Origin: Ministeria vibrans ATCC 50519 | Taxonomy: Eukaryota; Protista; Filasterea | Length of the DNA: 64,000 nt | Direction of reading: 5' to 3' | Assembly (NCBI GenBank): GCA_943704425.1 | Contig: CALSCP010000774.1 | Coordinates: 1 to 64,000 of the forward strand | In this document: positions 1 to 12,595 of the stretch, one piece after another | How the letters are laid out: each line of letters opens with the position of its first letter | Position numbering within the stretch: the first letter of the stretch is position 1 | Translations under genes and position numbers: made by a program | The notes under the pieces: model-generated | The model's database searches: none | What the model was told of the DNA's origin: nothing | The model's input: only the letters and a program-made list of their open reading frames with translations

Positions 1-42
1 TGTTCTCCCATGTTACCTCTAGAGTTTCGGTCGAGTTTGCAA

Positions 43-109
43 GGCGGTCTGGCTGTGTCTTCGCGTGGTGACTGTATCATTAATAAATGGGTTGTATTCT
101 TCTTCTAAT
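43..109 (+). repeat. dispersed ~67-bp repeat, copy A
   Basis: GGCGGTCTGGCTGTGTCTT..GTGGTGACTGTATCATTAATAAATGGGTTGTATT..TTCTTCTAAT also occurs at 58319-58387. Confidence 0.85.
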
Positions 110-147
110 TTTTATTGAGCACTCACGTTTCTCACTTTGCTGACGCC

Positions 148-714
148 ATGGACGACATTGCTAATATGATGGTGAACATGCAGGCCGACGACCATGAGTC
201 GCTGATCAGCCAATTTCAGGTAGAGCCTGGGAGGGGTGTTTCACAGCGGTCCGTTGGCCCAACCGTTTGCCGGTTGCCCCCGAATGAGCATCTGTTGCCT
301 TGGTTGCCGATGCGCTGCACGCCTCCACGTGAAAAACGTATGTGGTGCGGTTTGGGAACGGGAGACTGCGCGAGTCGGCGACGCCCAGGAGTGCTACTCG
401 TGTCGGGGGTTTGTTCTTGTTCTTTTTTTTTTTTTTTTGAACTTGTTTGAGACACACTCGCCAGTGTTGCTGAGTTCTGGTGCATTTCTCGCCGTCTGTC
501 TAGGCCCTTGCCGGAGCTACTGATCCAGAAACGTGCAAGTTCTTTCTTGAAGCGAATGCATGGAATCTACAGGTAGACATGTCTCTCTCATCCACTCTCT
601 TCCGTTTCTCCTCATCTCTCGGGCAATGTGCGTGTAACACCGCTCGCGTCTCTCTCCCTCTCTGTTTGTCTGTTTGTCTCTCTGTTTTTCTGTCTGTTTG
701 TCTGTCTGTCTGTC

Positions 715-778
<64 letters not shown>

Positions 779-1413
779 CTCTGTCTGTCTGTCTGTCTGT
801 CTCTCTGTTTGACAGTCTTTCTGTATGACTGTCTGTCTGTTTGTCTTTCTGTCTGTTTGTCTTTCTGTCTGTTTGTCTTTCTGTCTGCTGTTCTCTCTTA
901 CACTTTTCTTCATCGGCAGACTGCTGTTGGTGCGTTTTTTGACAGCGGCGGAAGTAGCGCAGAGATGATGACAGTCCAGCCGGAAATGGCTTTGCTCGGC
1001 GAAGTGACCAATGACAGTGGGCGCACCGTGTCGCCCAATGAGGATTTCACGAAGACCTGGCACCTTGTCAACACAGGGAAAACCGCATGGTCTCCGTCGT
1101 GTACACTAAATTGCACTGACGGAGAGCGGTTGTTTGCCCCTGAAAAGGTTCGTATTCAAATATACTCACACACATTTTCATACACGACTCTTGGTTCCAG
1201 ATACACGTTGGCGTAGTAGAGCCAGGTCAAGATATCCTAGTGACAGTCCCTATGCGAGCACCGGGCACACGGGGGGCCTACTGCAGCACATGGAAGCTGG
1301 GGTGCGACGACGGCATCCCCATTCTGTTTGGCGACGTCCTCTGGTGTGTCGTCAATGTGGTCGATCCCGCCGATGAAATGGACTTTTCCAGATTAACCTT
1401 TGCCTCTGAATGA
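148..1413 (+). CDS. ILRUN: ILRUN/C6orf106-like protein (UBA-like + NBR1-type FW domain), 4 exons
   Basis: Spliced: MDDIANMMVNMQADDHESLISQFQ|ALAGATDPETCKFFLEANAWNLQ|TAVGAFFD...FTKTWHLVNTGKTAW...|...AYCSTWKLGCDDGIPILFGDVLWCVVNV; matches the C6orf106 pattern; GT-AG introns. Confidence 0.88.
660..890. repeat. (GTCT)n tetranucleotide microsatellite in ILRUN intron 2
   Basis: Directly visible degenerate GTCT array. Confidence 0.95.
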
Positions 1414-1494
1414 TTGCGCGTTGTGTGTCAGGGTGTGTATGACTTTTCCCTCACGGTGTATTTGTAGCGAAGAAGAAGGACATGTTTAAATTGT

Positions 1495-3102
<1,608 letters not shown>

Positions 3103-3405
3103 GTCAAAGAGTGAGGGGTTGTGTTGAGAAAAAAACTAAAAAAAAAAGTTTAAAGTAGTTAGTACTCACTTAGTAGACACCTAGACTGTTAGTAAGTGAG
3201 ACATCCGTATACACGACATTCATAATTTTTCTTCTTCTATTATTAATTTTTGTTAATTGTTAGCGACGAATTATGGAGAAAGATGACGGAGTATGACTCA
3301 ACGATCAGAAAAGTCAGAAGTGATCAAGTGAGTCTAAATTAGATATATTAGTGAGAGAATTGATTTGTTGTATTTTCACATGTTGATTTTGACATTTTGT
3401 ACATA

Positions 3406-3991
3406 TTAGTAGCAGGTCACCTGAATGACAACCTCAACAGGACACATGCTGATAAAACTCCCTCCGTTCCAGTGCTTGAATTGCAGCGCGGGGCCTGGCG
3501 CAGAGTTCCCCTGTGAATTGTACACGACCGTCTCACTCGGAAGCACAACTTCAAAATTCGTCAGTGTCGCGCCGTCTTGGGCCACCAGCTTCTTAAGATG
3601 AACGTCACAGTCGCCTGTCGGCAACGACCCTGCGCAATCAGCGGCCGTGAAGCGCACCCAGTCAAAGGGCCCCCAGCAGTTGAATGTCTCCGTTGCTCTG
3701 CAGGTGTACCGCCGGATGGCAGCAGGCAGCTCAGCCACCTTCGCAACCCTCAAGCCCTGCTCGTACAACGGACCGGAGACATGCACATCTTGCCCATTGC
3801 CTGGTGCCAAATACAACGCCCCGTCGCCGCTACTTCTTCTACAGCGCGTGAATTTCAAAAGAATTTCAAAAGAATGAAACCGCAAGTTGACCAAATTTAT
3901 AGAAAACGTACATCTCAGGATCTGTGGAGTGTGACACATGCAAGTGTGAAATCATCAGAAGCCCAGCAACGACGAAATATTGTCGAATCAT
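3406..3991 (-). CDS. small secreted hypothetical protein (~170 aa, 2 exons)
   Basis: Signal-peptide exon MIRQYFVVAGLLMISHLHVSHSTDPEI, GT-AG intron, then RSSGDGALYLAPGNGQDVHVSG...VIQVTCY* with several Cys. Confidence 0.7.
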
Positions 3992-4141
3992 TCTGCAAAA
4001 TTTGTGTAAATTGAATAAGAAGAGTAAAGATAAAAATTATTTAATTATTAATTTATTATTTTATCTCCTGTACGCCTACCCACTCAACCACACACCTGAC
4101 GCCTCAATCTACGTCAAGTTTTTCACTGTCTGTTTTTGATC

Positions 4142-4467
4142 ATGGCTTTGGATCCAGCAGCTTTTGGTGGTAGGCCGTGGTCTACTCGATGATCAACCCT
4201 CCGCCCTCTCTCACCTATGCCTCTATCCCCCCCCTGCTCACACAAACGATGTACAGCTGCACCACTGGGAGTGCCTCCTGAAGTGTTTTTTTACTTGGGT
4301 CTTGGTAATGCAAAAAGACAAAAAAGAGAGAACTGAAAAACGCTCCTCTCTTCTCTCTCCTGTCCCGCCCTCTCAGCCATCACCGTCGTCATCTTCGTCA
4401 AGGAGTACCTTGCCCTTGTGACCGCAATGTCTTCTCAGTACTGCGCGTTCTATCTTGTTGCCCGTTT

Positions 4468-4500
<33 letters not shown>

Positions 4501-7108
4501 ATTTTGCGTTCCAAATTGGTCGTAGATTCCCAAAAGTTCTCCTTGTGGGCTTTGCAGTAGGCTCGCTTGTCATCGCTTATCTCATGTGGCGCCTGAGCTA
4601 CTACACTGCCATTGCCATGCAGAATAGCCCTGAGAATGTCGTAAGTCTTCTCAGGGTGTGTCGTGCGCTCGTGCATCAACATTGCTTGTAGACACAACTC
4701 ATTCGTTCGTCGCTGGTCCTCGGCGGAGCGGTCACCTTGCTCGGTCCTTTCATTGTGCTTGTGCCTCGTAAGAGCCATCTCGTCACCAACCGAGTGGGAA
4801 AGGTTTTGGTTGACATTGCGCACCATCGCTGGACGCGATACATCACCTTTTGTCTTTATGCGACTGTCATTGTCGCCAACGTAATAACACTTTCGTCTAT
4901 TACGCCAGTTCTCTGTGCGACAATCTTATTGCATCGTTTTGTTTCGCTTTTTTTTTCTCTTGCACAGATCATCTGTATCTACTCCATCTACGTCCTCTTC
5001 ACTGATATTATGGGTCTCTCCGTAACGGACGCACTCGGCGTTGGTATCACATTGTTTAGTAGATATACTTCCCTCGCACATAAATACTCACGCACGCACA
5101 CGCGCACACCTCTCGTTTTTTTTTTTTTAGCACTTCTCTATGGATTCCTCAACATTGTTTACGTGGCGTCCTTCTACGCCACCATGTTCCGCCACCCCAT
5201 TGTGATTCGCGGCACTGACCTCTTCAAGACGCTGCGCAGTTCACTCTACACCGACAAGCCTATCAGCAGAGAAGAAGTCTTTGAGCTGCCCGAGCGCACT
5301 CGCAGACGCGTTATCCAGAGCGACGATGGGACGTTTGTGCTGCGCGCCTACTGGCTACACTCGTGGCAGTTCCTCTATGCGTACATTTGCGTCTTTAGTG
5401 CCCTCATGCTGGTTACCATTGGTACGGCTGTCTGGTACTTTATTGTCGACATGAACAACTTCAAGTCTCTCAATGAGTCGTCTGCCGCTTTTGCTCTCTG
5501 TACGACTCCAACTGACTTATATAATATAATTATTATATTCTGCTGACCTTTTCGATGTGTTTTTTTTCTTCGCCTTTCTCTCTTTTTTCTTTTCGTTCTC
5601 TTCCTGTCTTTGTATTTTTCTCTCTCTTCTTCTTCCTTCTGCCTCTCTATCACGTTGTTCATCTCTTTGTATTATCTCTTTGTTTTTCTCTCTATCACTC
5701 TGTTTTTCTCTATTTCTCCTCCTCTCTTCAAAATCATTTCTTCAGCTATCCTATTCTTTGTGCTCACTATTGCGTCTGTCATTACCTGTTTCATCTTCCT
5801 TCTCAACGAGGCATTTCACACACGCGAGCGACTTGACGATGAACAGGAAGGTGCCGCTATGTGGAAAACACCGCAGCCAGAGGAAAACTCACTGCGCAAG
5901 CTGCAGAATGAAGAGCCACGCAGCATGGCTGCGCCCGAGGAAGAGTACTTACTACACAGCACACGCAAAACAAAGACACACTCACAGTCTCTAATTGGCT
6001 CTTCGTTTCTAGATTGAGTCGAACCATCGTTGAGATTGAGCCGGAGAGCGATGCGATTGAAATGGACGCGAGGCCGGGATGTGTTCTTGTTGAAGATGTA
6101 GAGCGCAGAGAGTCCCTTGCTGACGATATTGCGCAGCCCGGCAGTGCACTCCAGCAGGATCAGGATTTTAATTTTCACTCCGTGTCCAAGCTCGACGTGC
6201 ATGACCCACCTGCGTTTCGCGAACTGTTGCCAGTTCACGATGAGGTTGTCCTTGAAATTGAGGAGAAGAAAGGGAAGAAGAAAGGGAAGAAGATGGACAA
6301 GAAGAAGAATAAAGAGGAGGCGCGAGGAGACGCTGACAGAAGCGACGGCAAACAGAGACGGGGTGGCGACCAGGCGAGGCGTAAGAATACCAAGGATGCT
6401 TTTGGTCCTGGTCCGTCGCGCGAGCGCTCGTCCGAGTACGACATGCCCGAGGCCGGACTGGTCGGTGGACGGCACGACATACCTGCATCGTCGTCGTCGT
6501 CGTCACGAAACTATCTTGTTGACGATGACGATGGTCTTGGTGAACCGACGTCTTTGCCTCCCATGCCCTCTGCTCCTGCTTCTGCTCCGGCGGGCCCACC
6601 GCCCCCACCGCTGTCCAAGTCGGGACATACACTGAACATGTCGCCTGGCGGGGGTGGGGTTGGCCCGCCTGCCCGCTCGTCGTCTTCCGCGGCTGCTCGC
6701 GTAGCCCCTGGCCGAGACCATTTCAGCTACGCTTCGCACGACGATAATGTTGACGATGAGGAGGATTACAGTGACAGTCTGGTTGAGGGAGACGAGAAAG
6801 AAGAGGGAGGAATCGGTGGTGAAAGGGAGTCGTCGCCGAGAAAGATGCAAACACACAAATCAACACGGCTGCACGTATACAAGCTGACACTGGTCTGTGT
6901 CCGCCGCGATGGCACGCGACGCACTCCTGTCAGCTGCAACTTTGAAGAAGATTTATCCATGAACGACATTCTCGAGCTTATTCGCGCCCAGCTGGGCCTG
7001 GGAGCCACCGAGTCCATCGCGGCTCTCAAAGACACTGATGGCAACGTCATTGAGAGCTCGCGTGCTTTCTACGCCTGTGTCGACTTTGTCTTTGTCCATC
7101 TCGCATAG
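4142..7108 (+). CDS. polytopic membrane protein (~8-10 TM) with long acidic/Pro-rich tail and C-terminal ubiquitin-like domain
   Basis: 5' exons join in phase (MALDPAAFG|AAPLGVPPEVFFYLGL|AITVVIFVKEY...); many hydrophobic segments at 4250-5810; tail ends KLTLVCVRRDG...LSMNDILELIRAQLGL...ALKDTDGNVI. Confidence 0.65.
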
Positions 7109-7158
7109 CAATGTCATAACAATAAACAATAACAATACGTCTTTTTTATTTCTACCAT

Positions 7159-8684
7159 CTACGACTTCTTCTTCTCCGAGTCAGAGCGACACTTGTCCAG
7201 AATGGCCCCAATCTCAACGACCGCCTCACGATCGTCGTCCTTCTCGGCACACACACGCGCTCGTTCAAAGTAGTCGAGGGCGCGCGTGCGCTCGTCATCC
7301 TCCCACAGCAACGTCGCCAGATTGCAGTAGCTCACTGCCTCGTGCTGGCGTGTCTTTTCGCTGAGTGACGCGGCGCGTTGAGCACTGCGCAGGGCGTCAC
7401 TCTGGTTGCCAAGCGACGCGTAGGTGTCTGCCAGTTGGCTCAGCAGCACAATCACTTGGCTGTGATCACTACCCAGCTCCTGCTCCGCCACCGACAGCGA
7501 CCGCTTAAGTAACGGGATTGCCTGAAAAAGAAAATGAGAGAGAGAGAGGGAGAGAAGGAAAAGGAGAGAGAGAGGGAAAAAGAAAACAAAGTACAAAGGG
7601 ATACAAAAGGAGGGGAGGGAGAAAAGAACAAAAAAAGAACAAAAGAAAGAACAAAAAGAAGCAAAAGCGATAGAGAGTGAGCAAACAAGAGTGCCATCAT
7701 CAACAATTCTGTTGGGTGTACCTCATTGGGGCGTCTGAGATTGTTCACAAGAAAGCGAGCGTAGAGCTCCAGCGCAAGACCAAGCAGGAGAACGGCATCC
7801 TGATCAGAGCCATCATGAACGGCAGCATCCAACGGTTGTACCCCAATGGCACTACTCGTGGAAGCGCCCGTCACTGACTGCAGTCTCGCCTCTGCGTCGC
7901 CCTTAAGTCCCTTGAGCAACTCACTGGCCCGCTCGCTCGCTCCTTTACCTCCGCTCTGTCCCTTTCCTTTTGCTGTCTCATCTGCTTCCACCGATTCCAC
8001 CGCTGTTACTGCTGCTGCTACTGCTGCTTTTGCTGCTGCTCGTTCTTCACCGCGCACAATGCGTTTCTCGGCCGATTCAATGGCATAGCGATAGCCCTTT
8101 TCCGCTTCGACGTTTTGCCCGAGACGCGCGTGAATGGCGGCCAATTTGCAACTCACTTCAATGACAGCCGTATCAATCTTGGTACCGCCGTGCTTGAGGT
8201 AGAGCTCGAGGAAGGAGGTGTAGTGGCGACGCGCCTCGTAGAGAGAGCCTTGCTGCAGACGCACACGCGCAAGGGTTCCCGTGATGTTCACCAGGCCGAT
8301 GGCGTCGGGCGTGTTGGCATTGCCGTGAACGAGTGCCGACTCAAAAGACGATGATGCCTTCTTGAGATCGCCCTGTTGCAGTAGACGATGTCCTTGCTCG
8401 GCGTTGAGGCGTGCGGTGCGCATGAGTCCGTCGGGTCCACGGCGAACGTTGTTGTAGTAGTAGTAGAGGGCGGCGCCAATGCCACCAACCGCAATGGTCA
8501 AGAGCGACACACGGCCAATCTGTGACACGGGCGGGCCATTCTCGTCGTCCTTGTTGTCCGTCTGCTGTTGTTTCGAGGAGGAGGAGGACGACGACGACGA
8601 CGACGCTGCCGAGGACATGGGGGGAGTTGTGGTGGAGAGAAATCGAAAGTGGCGACGTGCCAAGTGACGCGAGTGTCGTAGCAT
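7159..8684 (-). CDS. TTC19: tetratricopeptide repeat protein 19, mitochondrial (complex III chaperone)
   Basis: Mitochondrial presequence MLRHSRHLARRHFRFLST, TM segment, TPRs; AVIEVSCKLAAIHA...AEKGYRYAI resembles TTC19; one intron (~7523-7721). Confidence 0.8.
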
Positions 8685-8702
8685 GAGTGGCGTATGCTGT
8701 AT

Positions 8703-9212
8703 CTATAGGGCGTGGCTGTGGCCGTGACCGATGGGCTGGTGGTGTTGCAGGAGACGCTTTGGAGCGAGGTGTTCGGCCGCAACGAAAGCAAAGGCAACGA
8801 GACACACGACGACGTAGAGAAGGGGAAGAACGGTGATTGCACTGCCTAGGTGGCGAGCAAACCAAGGCGTGCGAGTGTGGAGGGTGTAGAGTCCAACGGC
8901 AAGGGAGGCGAGAAGCAGCCAGGCAAGCCAGGGTCGTCGTACGGGAGACGATTGAACTTCGACCTGTGTGAGAAACAAAGGAACAAGTGAGCCATCAAAC
9001 CGCATGAGAGCACACAGTACCGTGCAACGAACACCGTCGGCAGCAAAGAGTGTCGCAAAGTGTCGACAGTGATCGATATTTCCCGAAATGCGCACTTGAG
9101 GAGTGTCAGCCAAGACCTCGTCAATCTCAACGTGCGCCTTGTTGTCGTAGAGGATATCAAACGTTCGCAAGGCTTCACGGACTCGTTCTTCAGTCGTGTG
9201 AATCAATGCCAT
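8703..9212 (-). CDS. small hypothetical membrane protein (2 TM near C-terminus; possible in-frame intron)
   Basis: ATG-initiated 169-aa ORF, coding-like composition, PWLAWLLLASLAVGLY and AITVLPLLYVVVCLVAFAFV hydrophobic segments. Confidence 0.6.
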   Translation of the reverse strand: MALIHTTEERVREALRTFDILYDNKAHVEIDEVLADTPQVRISGNIDHCRHFATLFAADGVRCTVLCALMRFDGSLVPLFLTQVEVQSSPVRRPWLAWLLLASLAVGLYTLHTRTPWFARHLGSAITVLPLLYVVVCLVAFAFVAAEHLAPKRLLQHHQPIGHGHSHAL

Positions 9213-9342
9213 ACAAAAAATGTGGAATTGTGGATCAGTCGAGCATTGTGTAGACTTGGTGAGAGATGACGAGCCAAGTTAGAAATCTAATCATTTATGG
9301 CCAAAAAATAAAAATCAAAAATCAAAATTAATTACATCCGAC

Positions 9343-10339
9343 ATGTATTCAATGCAACAAGCCGCTGCTGTCCACAACGTCCCCGTTCCCTCTGCCATGT
9401 ACTCTGGTATGTCATTTCATTAAATTCTCATCCATTTTTTTTTTTTTTTCGTGTTCCATCATTGCTCATTCTTTCATTCGCTCTTTCTTGCCTCTGCGCT
9501 CAGTGGCACCCTACTACGCTGAGCTCGACGCGTCTGCCTCGAACAACAACAACAGCGGTGCGTCGGAGGTGGACCTTTTGGCGCGCATCGCCGCTGTGCA
9601 TGGGCGCGCGGAGAGTCTGGCGTCCAAGCTGAGCAGCAAGACTGCAGCAGCAGCGCCTGCGGTCGACAACGGCTTCTACCTGTCGTCCACGGCGGCGTCG
9701 ACCACGGCCACCTCGCTGGTGGTGAACCCTCAACAGATGCCGACGGCGCTCAAGCGAGTCTTGCTTCTCATTGCTCCCCGTGTCAACCTCAAGTGCACGA
9801 CACACTCCAGCCTCAAAACGGTCGTTCCGTCGGGCTCCCACGGCCTTGTAGAGCCTCCCAAGACACGTACATTTGACAAGAATACACCGCGCCTCTTTGT
9901 CATCTGGCGAGCAGTCGAGCAGCCTTACGTCGTGGGTTCGCTGCGTCCCATCTGTGGCGTCGTCAACATTTTGCGATACCTCTGCCGTGCCTTTGCTCTG
10001 CCCCTCTACGACACGAGCGCCAACGTCAATCCCGAATGGTAGGACCCCCACTTAATCAATAGGGAGAGCGTGACTAAATCCTCTAAAACCATACATAGCG
10101 CGGCTGCGATTGACGAATACCTTGAGCTTGCCAGCAAGATTGCGACCATGGACAGCAAACAACAGTCGGAGGTTGTGAAAGAGACGGACAGCGTGCTGAG
10201 CAAGAGCACGTCAGGCTGGCTGTGTGGCTGTGGGACGCAGGGGTCGCTTGCGGACGTGGCATTGGCCGGCGCCCTCGTGGACGCGCAGGTGCCCGTCAAG
10301 GGCGCAGCGCACGTTCTTGCATGGCTCGCCAAGGCATAG
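9343..10339 (+). CDS. AIMP2: aminoacyl-tRNA synthetase complex-interacting protein 2 (p38), thioredoxin-like + GST-C, 3 exons
   Basis: MYSMQ...VPSAMY; LVVNPQQMP; THSSLKTV; LFVIWRAV; PICGVVNILRYL; IDEYLELA; WLCG...SLADVAL are colinear with human AIMP2 motifs. Confidence 0.82.
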
Positions 10340-10409
10340 CAACAGTGTTTAATACGGCTCTGCGCTTGAGTATTAATCGTTTTGTGTCGTTATATTTTCT
10401 GTACAATTT

Positions 10410-11093
10410 TTATACAGGCTTCTTTTGTTGTTCCGTCCAAGCGAGACAATTGCGTCTAAGATACGAAACACTGTCGAGTGTGTGCTCCAGACCCGCTTGC
10501 AAAACGGCCTGCTCTAGTGGCGCCTGTCGTGATGCGCCCGTGGTCGTGGTGGAGTCAGTGTCAAAGACACCAAAATTGATTGGCGGGCATTGCAGGAAAT
10601 ACTGTACGTCCTGTGTGTTCTCATCGTCGCCTCGACGAGTACGCGCGACACTCTTGGCCGTGTGGACTGAAGTGGAGGGGATTGGTGTGGCCTTGAACTC
10701 GTTTGAGACGGGCTTTAGAGGTTGTGGTGCGGGTTTGGCGCTGGGATAGCGCCGGTCCGTTCGCCGGTAATTCAAACTTTTCTTTGCAGCCGCCTTCGAC
10801 GCCGAGGACTTGTCCAGGCGAGCATCAACTTTGCAAACGCGCAAATTAAGGTCTTTCAGCTGCTGCGCAACAAGCGCAATCGAATTGAACGTGGGCTTGG
10901 CCAGACGACTTGGGGTTGAGGGGCCTTTCAAAAATTCAAATGGAGTCTCCTGCTGCTCCTCCTCAATAGTGAGGTCTAGCTCGTGGTTGACACGCTCGCA
11001 CAGTGATAAATCAAGCTCTTGGTCTCGTTGTGGTGCCACGGGCACATGGTCGTCAAAGCTAAGGTCGAGGCGGGAGTCAAAAGGAAGCGACAT
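10410..11093 (-). CDS. hypothetical protein (227 aa, short coiled coil, disordered)
   Basis: Single ATG-initiated ORF filling the space between AIMP2 and UBE2Z; no recognised domain. Confidence 0.6.
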   Translation of the reverse strand: MSLPFDSRLDLSFDDHVPVAPQRDQELDLSLCERVNHELDLTIEEEQQETPFEFLKGPSTPSRLAKPTFNSIALVAQQLKDLNLRVCKVDARLDKSSASKAAAKKSLNYRRTDRRYPSAKPAPQPLKPVSNEFKATPIPSTSVHTAKSVARTRRGDDENTQDVQYFLQCPPINFGVFDTDSTTTTGASRQAPLEQAVLQAGLEHTLDSVSYLRRNCLAWTEQQKKPV

Positions 11094-11217
11094 ATTTCTG
11101 AATTCTGATCCTATTCAGATAAAGTTACTTCTTCAAGATTTTTAGGCTCGCAAGGCAGAACACAAAACACGAATATAAAGTGAACATATAGATCCATCTG
11201 GTTCATCTGTGGTTGCG

Positions 11218-12504
11218 ATGGACGCGGACGCTGAACAGCCAACGCCAACGAAGACGGACGAAACAAAGGACGAGGACGACTACGTGCTGGGCAACGCCGG
11301 GCCTAGCAGTGACGAGTCTGCAATGGCTGGAAGTGCCATCGACGAGAAAGAAAGCGTTGCGGCCACGATGGAGAAGCAAAAGAAAGTCGTACGTTCCTTT
11401 TTGCGGTCGGTTCTTCTTCATCGTTCCGTCCTCGTTAGGTTTGGGATCCCTTTGTGGCCAAGAGCCAGGAGACGGGCGAGCCCACGCAGGCGTGCATCAA
11501 GCGGGTGAAGACAGACATTCTGAAGCTGTACAACGACCCAGTGCCGGCCATCTGCGTGTGGGTGGACGATGCGGACATTCGCGTCGTCCACGCTCTCATC
11601 TCCGGACCTGTAACCGCGCCCACCCCGTTTCAACCCCCTCCCCCCTTCTCTATTACTCATTTCTCTTTGTTTGGACACAGTTTGACACGCCCTACGAAGG
11701 CGGCTTCTTCTACTTTCTCGCCCGAGCCCCAAACGATTATCCCAACCAGCCCCCAACTGTAGGACACACTAATTTTGTTTGTGACTCTCTCTTGCTCTTG
11801 AAACAAGCGGTGACACTTTGTATCATAGGTGAAACTGATGACGACCTCGAGCGGACGGGTGCGCTTCAACCCAAACCTGTACGCTGACGGCAAAGTGTGT
11901 CTGAGCATTCTGGGCACGTGGAGTGGTCCTTCGTGGACGCCCGTGCTCTCCTTCTCGTCGGTGCTTATGAGCATCCAGTCCCTCATGACTGAAGTAAGAT
12001 AGAAATAAAGAGAAAAAAAAAAAAAAAAAAAAAAAAAAAGAGAGAGAGGGAGATATATAGGTGTGTGTAAATGAGTGTGTGACACTGCCGCGACTTAGTA
12101 TCCGTACTACAATGAGCCGGGCTTTGAGACGGAGCGACACGCCGGCGACGCAGACACCTACAATCATATTCTGCGACACGAGACGCTTCGTGCGGCCGTC
12201 TGCGAGGTAACCTCCCACACGCACTCAAGGCACGCCATTGACACGTCCCCGTTAGATGCTTGAAGAGGACTCGCCCTCGCACAAGCAGGTACCCGCACAG
12301 CTGCGCCAGCTAATGGAAGGCATATTTGAGACGCAGTGGGACTACTACACACAGACCATCGAGGAGAACATCCACCGCGACGGACAGCCCATGATTGACC
12401 CGTTCACTCAGCGGCAGGTCGGTGTCTATCGCTACGCTGATCTGCGACGCAGACTAAACGCCATTAAGGATCGAATTGGATTTGAGGCGGATGACGAAGT
12501 GTAG
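11218..12504 (+). CDS. UBE2Z: ubiquitin-conjugating enzyme E2 Z (USE1)
   Basis: WDP...CIKRVKTDI...HALISGP|[10 protein letters not shown]...[31 protein letters not shown]...NEPGFE...RHETLR. Confidence 0.92.
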
Positions 12505-12595
12505 GAGGAAGTAAAAGCGGAGGGACGCGCGCGAGAAGAGATGAAGGGTTGGATTGTAAAGAAAGTGAAAAATAGCCATCAATTTTTTTTTTCTG

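Noticed and set aside
500-1063. ORFs with QTDR, VCLS, HT, ER or SL repeats here and throughout the ORF track
   Set aside because: They are translations of intronic microsatellites, not proteins.
3165-3200. Inverted repeat CTCACTTA/TAAGTGAG upstream of NDUFS7
   Set aside because: Only 8 bp perfect and single; compatible with chance.
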